Origin: Amoebophrya sp. A120
Lineage: Eukaryota; Protista; Dinoflagellata
Assembly: GCA_905178155.1 (NCBI GenBank)
Contig: CAJINV010000005.1
Location: 6,780,153 to 6,844,152 of the forward strand
Reading direction: 5' to 3'
DNA: 64,000 nucleotides
The position numbers and the translations under genes are program-made. Under the pieces are notes generated by a model. That model was not told where the DNA came from. It was given only the letters and a program-made list of their open reading frames with translations, and did no database searches. Positions 60,819 to 64,000 of the stretch are shown in pieces. Each line of letters opens with the position of its first letter. The stretch's first letter is position 1.

Positions 60819-63575
60819 ATGACGAAGTTTATCATGTGTAAAAATTCCGCTATCCTCTCGTGCGCAGCTCTCCTGGCCGCTGCTTTCCAGGTGGAGCAAC
60901 AAGTAAGTCCTGTCGTAGGCCTCGGCACAGTGAAGCAGCAATCCCTTCTCCGCCGCCGCGGGAACAGCAGGAGAACGAAAAAGGAGGTAGAAAACAAGCA
61001 TGTAGATGCTGCAAGAACTTTATCTTCCGAAGAGGGAGCGAGGGCGGATGGTACAGAAGGAACATCACTTTCATTCCCCCGGGCGAGCAACTTGTTGCAG
61101 AAGAAAGCGACTGTGTCGGCGCAGCACAACGCTGGGCTGCTGACCAAAGGGCCGCTCACATTGGTCCGAGACGAGGAAGAGGACCTTGGTGTTTCTCATG
61201 CTGTCCAACACGCACAAGAGGTGGACGGTGCAGCAGATCGAAAGGTGGGCACGGGCACGGCGGAGAAATTGAATTGGGAGGACAAAGACACCGATCTGAA
61301 AGCGGTTGTTCGCAACACCACCGATGTTCATGACGGAGATCTCGTGTCCTCCTTTTCGTCTACAACGATGGAGACCTCCGCGAAACTACAGGAGAAGAAA
61401 AGCCAGATGTTGACCACGACGACGGCGAGAAAAAACCAACTCGGCTTCCACATGTACTCCCAGCGGTTTCAAAATCGCATGCGACTCTCCTTTTCCCTCA
61501 ACCTGTTCGAAAACGGGATTGAGGGGGTGGCGGAGAGGATGGGGAACGTGGCGCGGATGTTCACTGACCCAGGGGAAGCGATCAACGAGATGAAAGAGTA
61601 CGTCTTTCAACAACTGGAGAAAGTGGCGAAGCAGGTGTCTGAAATGGGGTTTTCCAACCTGATTTGGAAGTTGGTCGAGTTGGTCATTTATCCTGTGCAA
61701 AAGTATCGTACTCGTATTGCAATCGTGCATTACAATTTTTTTTCTCAACGTAAATCCGCATTACAAATTTCATTTCTCATGCTGAGCTAATTTGTAATGC
61801 ATTTATACGAATACGATACTTTTGCAATGCATATCATTGGCGGCGATAAAGTCGACATGCTGAAGCCGTTTCTAGTGCAGTGTGCGGATAAATTTCGCAC
61901 TCTGTTGAGTCAGATCATGGGCAGTACCACGTCGCAGGCGCTGGATGGGTTGATGGCAGGTGGAACTAGTACATCTGGAACAAGTACTACGGAAGACGAG
62001 GAAATGGAAAATGAAGACGGCAGCAGTAGTACAAGCTCTAGCAGTTCCTCTTTTGCACAAAAAAGTAGAAAGACGACCACGAGCAGCAAAATGCGTTTTT
62101 TCAAGGCGAAATTGTTATCTTCCGGAAACAACGCCAACGACAAAATTATGCAGAACAAGGTCGCCCCTTCGGAGGTTTCCGGCGCGTTTTCGTCGCTTTT
62201 CAAGATGGAGCTGTTCACGGCGGATGGCTTCTTGAAAGCGTTCAAGGATCTGGTAAGTCACGTGAAGGAAATGATCAAAAGCCAGTTCATGCCGGACGTT
62301 TTTACCGCGTCCCTCACAACCTATGAGAGTGCACAACTCCACCCCCTCCCGCTCATTCGCATTGCATGAACGGCAATACAAACACCAGCACACGTGGAGC
62401 CTGCGCATGACAAATTCATGCGCCTAGTCGTGTAGCACTGTTTGGACTTCCTGAATCTGTCATGCAAACAAGGCCGCAGGGAAGCCCTTGGATTTGGGCT
62501 TTTGCATGACAAATGAGGGGGAGGGGGAGTTGTGCACTTTCATATCACCTTCCTGCATTCCATCGGCGAAATGGTCACGGAGTTTATCACCGAGAACATG
62601 GGAAAGTATGCAATGCAAAAGCATCGTACTCGTAGTAATTGCAAACATGCATTACAGATCTTGTTCCCAAGCTAGATCCGCATTACAAATTTTATTTCTC
62701 ATGCTGAGGAAATTTGTAATGCAATTTATACGAATACGATACTTTTGCAATGCATAGAAAGCCCTTTGACACCATTGTCGCTGCGGGGAAGAAGTTACAG
62801 TCGGACTTCAACAATTTCGTCGGGGGCTTACAAGACGGACTCGACCAGGTGGGGGAGCAGTTCGAGGACTTCGCGGACAACGTCGGCAATGCCGCAAAGG
62901 ACGTCGGCAACCGCATGACAGACGCAGCGAACGATGTGAAGAGTGGCTTCAAAGACGCGGCCAGTGCCATGAAAGACAGCATGCAGGAGGGCTGGGATTA
63001 TGCATTGCAAATATGTCTGGGTCTGGGAGATTGCGAGATTTGTCATGCTAGTGTAAGTAGCATGACTCTGAACTTTGTATTGCGCGGCCGCGAAGAGCTC
63101 TTCTTGCCTGTCATGCAAGAACGCAGTTGGTCATTCGGAGTACGCAACTCAGAACCACGGAATAAAAACTTGTCATGCTCGGCAGCGCATTAGAGTGTGC
63201 TCACTATTTCCTTTCTTGCATCACAAGTTTATTCCAGACCCAGACATACTTGCAATGCATAGGGATCGCCTCTCCTGGTCCCGACGACGTGGCAGATCCA
63301 GTAGTTTTCTGCTACGAGGGATGAAAAGTTTTGCTCCTTTCGATACGGTTGTTCTGGACCACCACCCTGAAACCGTGATGTCTGGCGCTTCTTCTCCCCT
63401 CGAAGATGGCGACGACGACGACGACGACCAAGGAGTTTCGTTTTTCGAGCGAAAAGTGAAACATTTCGAGGCGAAATACTTGGCCGCGGTGAAGAACGGC
63501 ACTACGTCAGTTCTCGCTGGTGCTGCCCCTGCGACGTTACAAACGGCGACCCCCGTTACCGTCCTCGCACGATAA
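60819..63575 (+). CDS. Putative secreted protein with LEA/apolipoprotein-like amphipathic repeats (4 IEs)
   Basis: Signal-like SAILSCAALLAAAF and ~11-aa repeats FADNVGNAAKD-VGNRMTDAAND-VKSGFKDAASA. The exon segments join across 4 IEs. Confidence 0.7.
61689..61833. mobile_element. Introner element, family D
   Basis: Family D TIRs; DR tcatt. Confidence 0.92.
62322..62544. mobile_element. Introner element, family C
   Basis: Family C TIRs; DR caacc/tcacc. Confidence 0.88.
62607..62756. mobile_element. Introner element, family D
   Basis: Family D TIRs; DR gaaag. Confidence 0.92.
62999..63261. mobile_element. Introner element, family A
   Basis: Family A TIRs; DR gggat. Confidence 0.92.
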
Positions 63576-64000
63576 CGAGACCAGGACGAAGCCAAAACGA
63601 AGCCAATCGGGCAGCTTTTACAAGGGCCCACCTCTGGCAACGCAAAACGCCGGCAAGTTTTCCCATAGTGGTCGGCCGAGACATTTACAGGGCCCCCAGC
63701 CTCTGGCGTTTCTGCTGCAAGTAAGCGGGGGCGCCATTTGCGTTGTTCGCTCTGTGGGCTCGGGCGCATCGCCTTAAGCATAGGGAGAAGCTAGCCGGCG
63801 ACGCAGCGTGCCGCCGGGCTCAATTTTTGAGCCGCATGGCACTACAGCAAACGCAAAAGGCCCTGGCTGTCGGCGTCGCAGCGCTTTGCGCTTCCCACAT
63901 GCCCAGGGGGCGCCGCTTTCGTCTTGCCTGCCTGTGGCTACTATGCGAAGCCCCAGCGCCCCGCGCAGTGCCTGCTATATTCAAATCGTTACGGCCGCAC

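Noticed and set aside
1554-63193. Many short ORFs with recurring peptides such as [21 protein letters not shown] and FVMR
   Set aside because: They are translations of IE TIRs and internal motifs, not a protein family.
1552-63261. Recurrent CCAGACCCAGACATATTTGC and similar repeats as a CRISPR array
   Set aside because: They are inverted pairs at the ends of dispersed elements inside eukaryotic genes, not regularly spaced direct repeats, and there are no cas genes.
63815-63835. Hairpin GGCTCAATTTTTGAGCC containing an Sm-site-like AATTTTTG
   Set aside because: An Sm site should be single-stranded, no snRNA or SL-RNA context is recognisable, and the window ends shortly after.

Overview
This is eukaryotic protist DNA. 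Its gene structure matches the parasitic dinoflagellate Amoebophrya (Syndiniales); that assignment is inferred from the sequence, not from a database match. Nine multi-exon host genes lie on the + strand: an EF-hand membrane protein, two divergent CFAP57/WDR65 paralogues flanking a gene with a CEP164-like N-terminus plus B-box and WW domains, a ~2,100-aa low-complexity protein, three related putatively secreted proteins, and a secreted protein with LEA-like repeats. The dominant feature is 48 introner-like elements (IEs, 137-320 bp) in at least 10 terminal-inverted-repeat (TIR) families. Almost all are bounded by TAT...ATA and flanked by a 5-bp direct repeat (DR). All sit inside coding sequence, occur in either orientation and lack GT-AG ends. 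Removing an element plus one DR copy rejoined the reading frame at the junctions I translated. All families, and many of the ordinary GT-AG introns, share a repeated internal motif TGT(C/A/G)ATGC / GCAT(G/T/C)ACA. Other mobile DNA: a 5'-truncated RTE-like LINE with a 15-bp target-site duplication (TSD) and an unusual zinc-finger insertion, a tyrosine-recombinase retroelement remnant with split repeats, and a 2.3-kb unit bounded by 53-bp direct repeats that encodes tandem PD-(D/E)XK-like nuclease domains. All coordinates were read by eye and may be off by a few bases.
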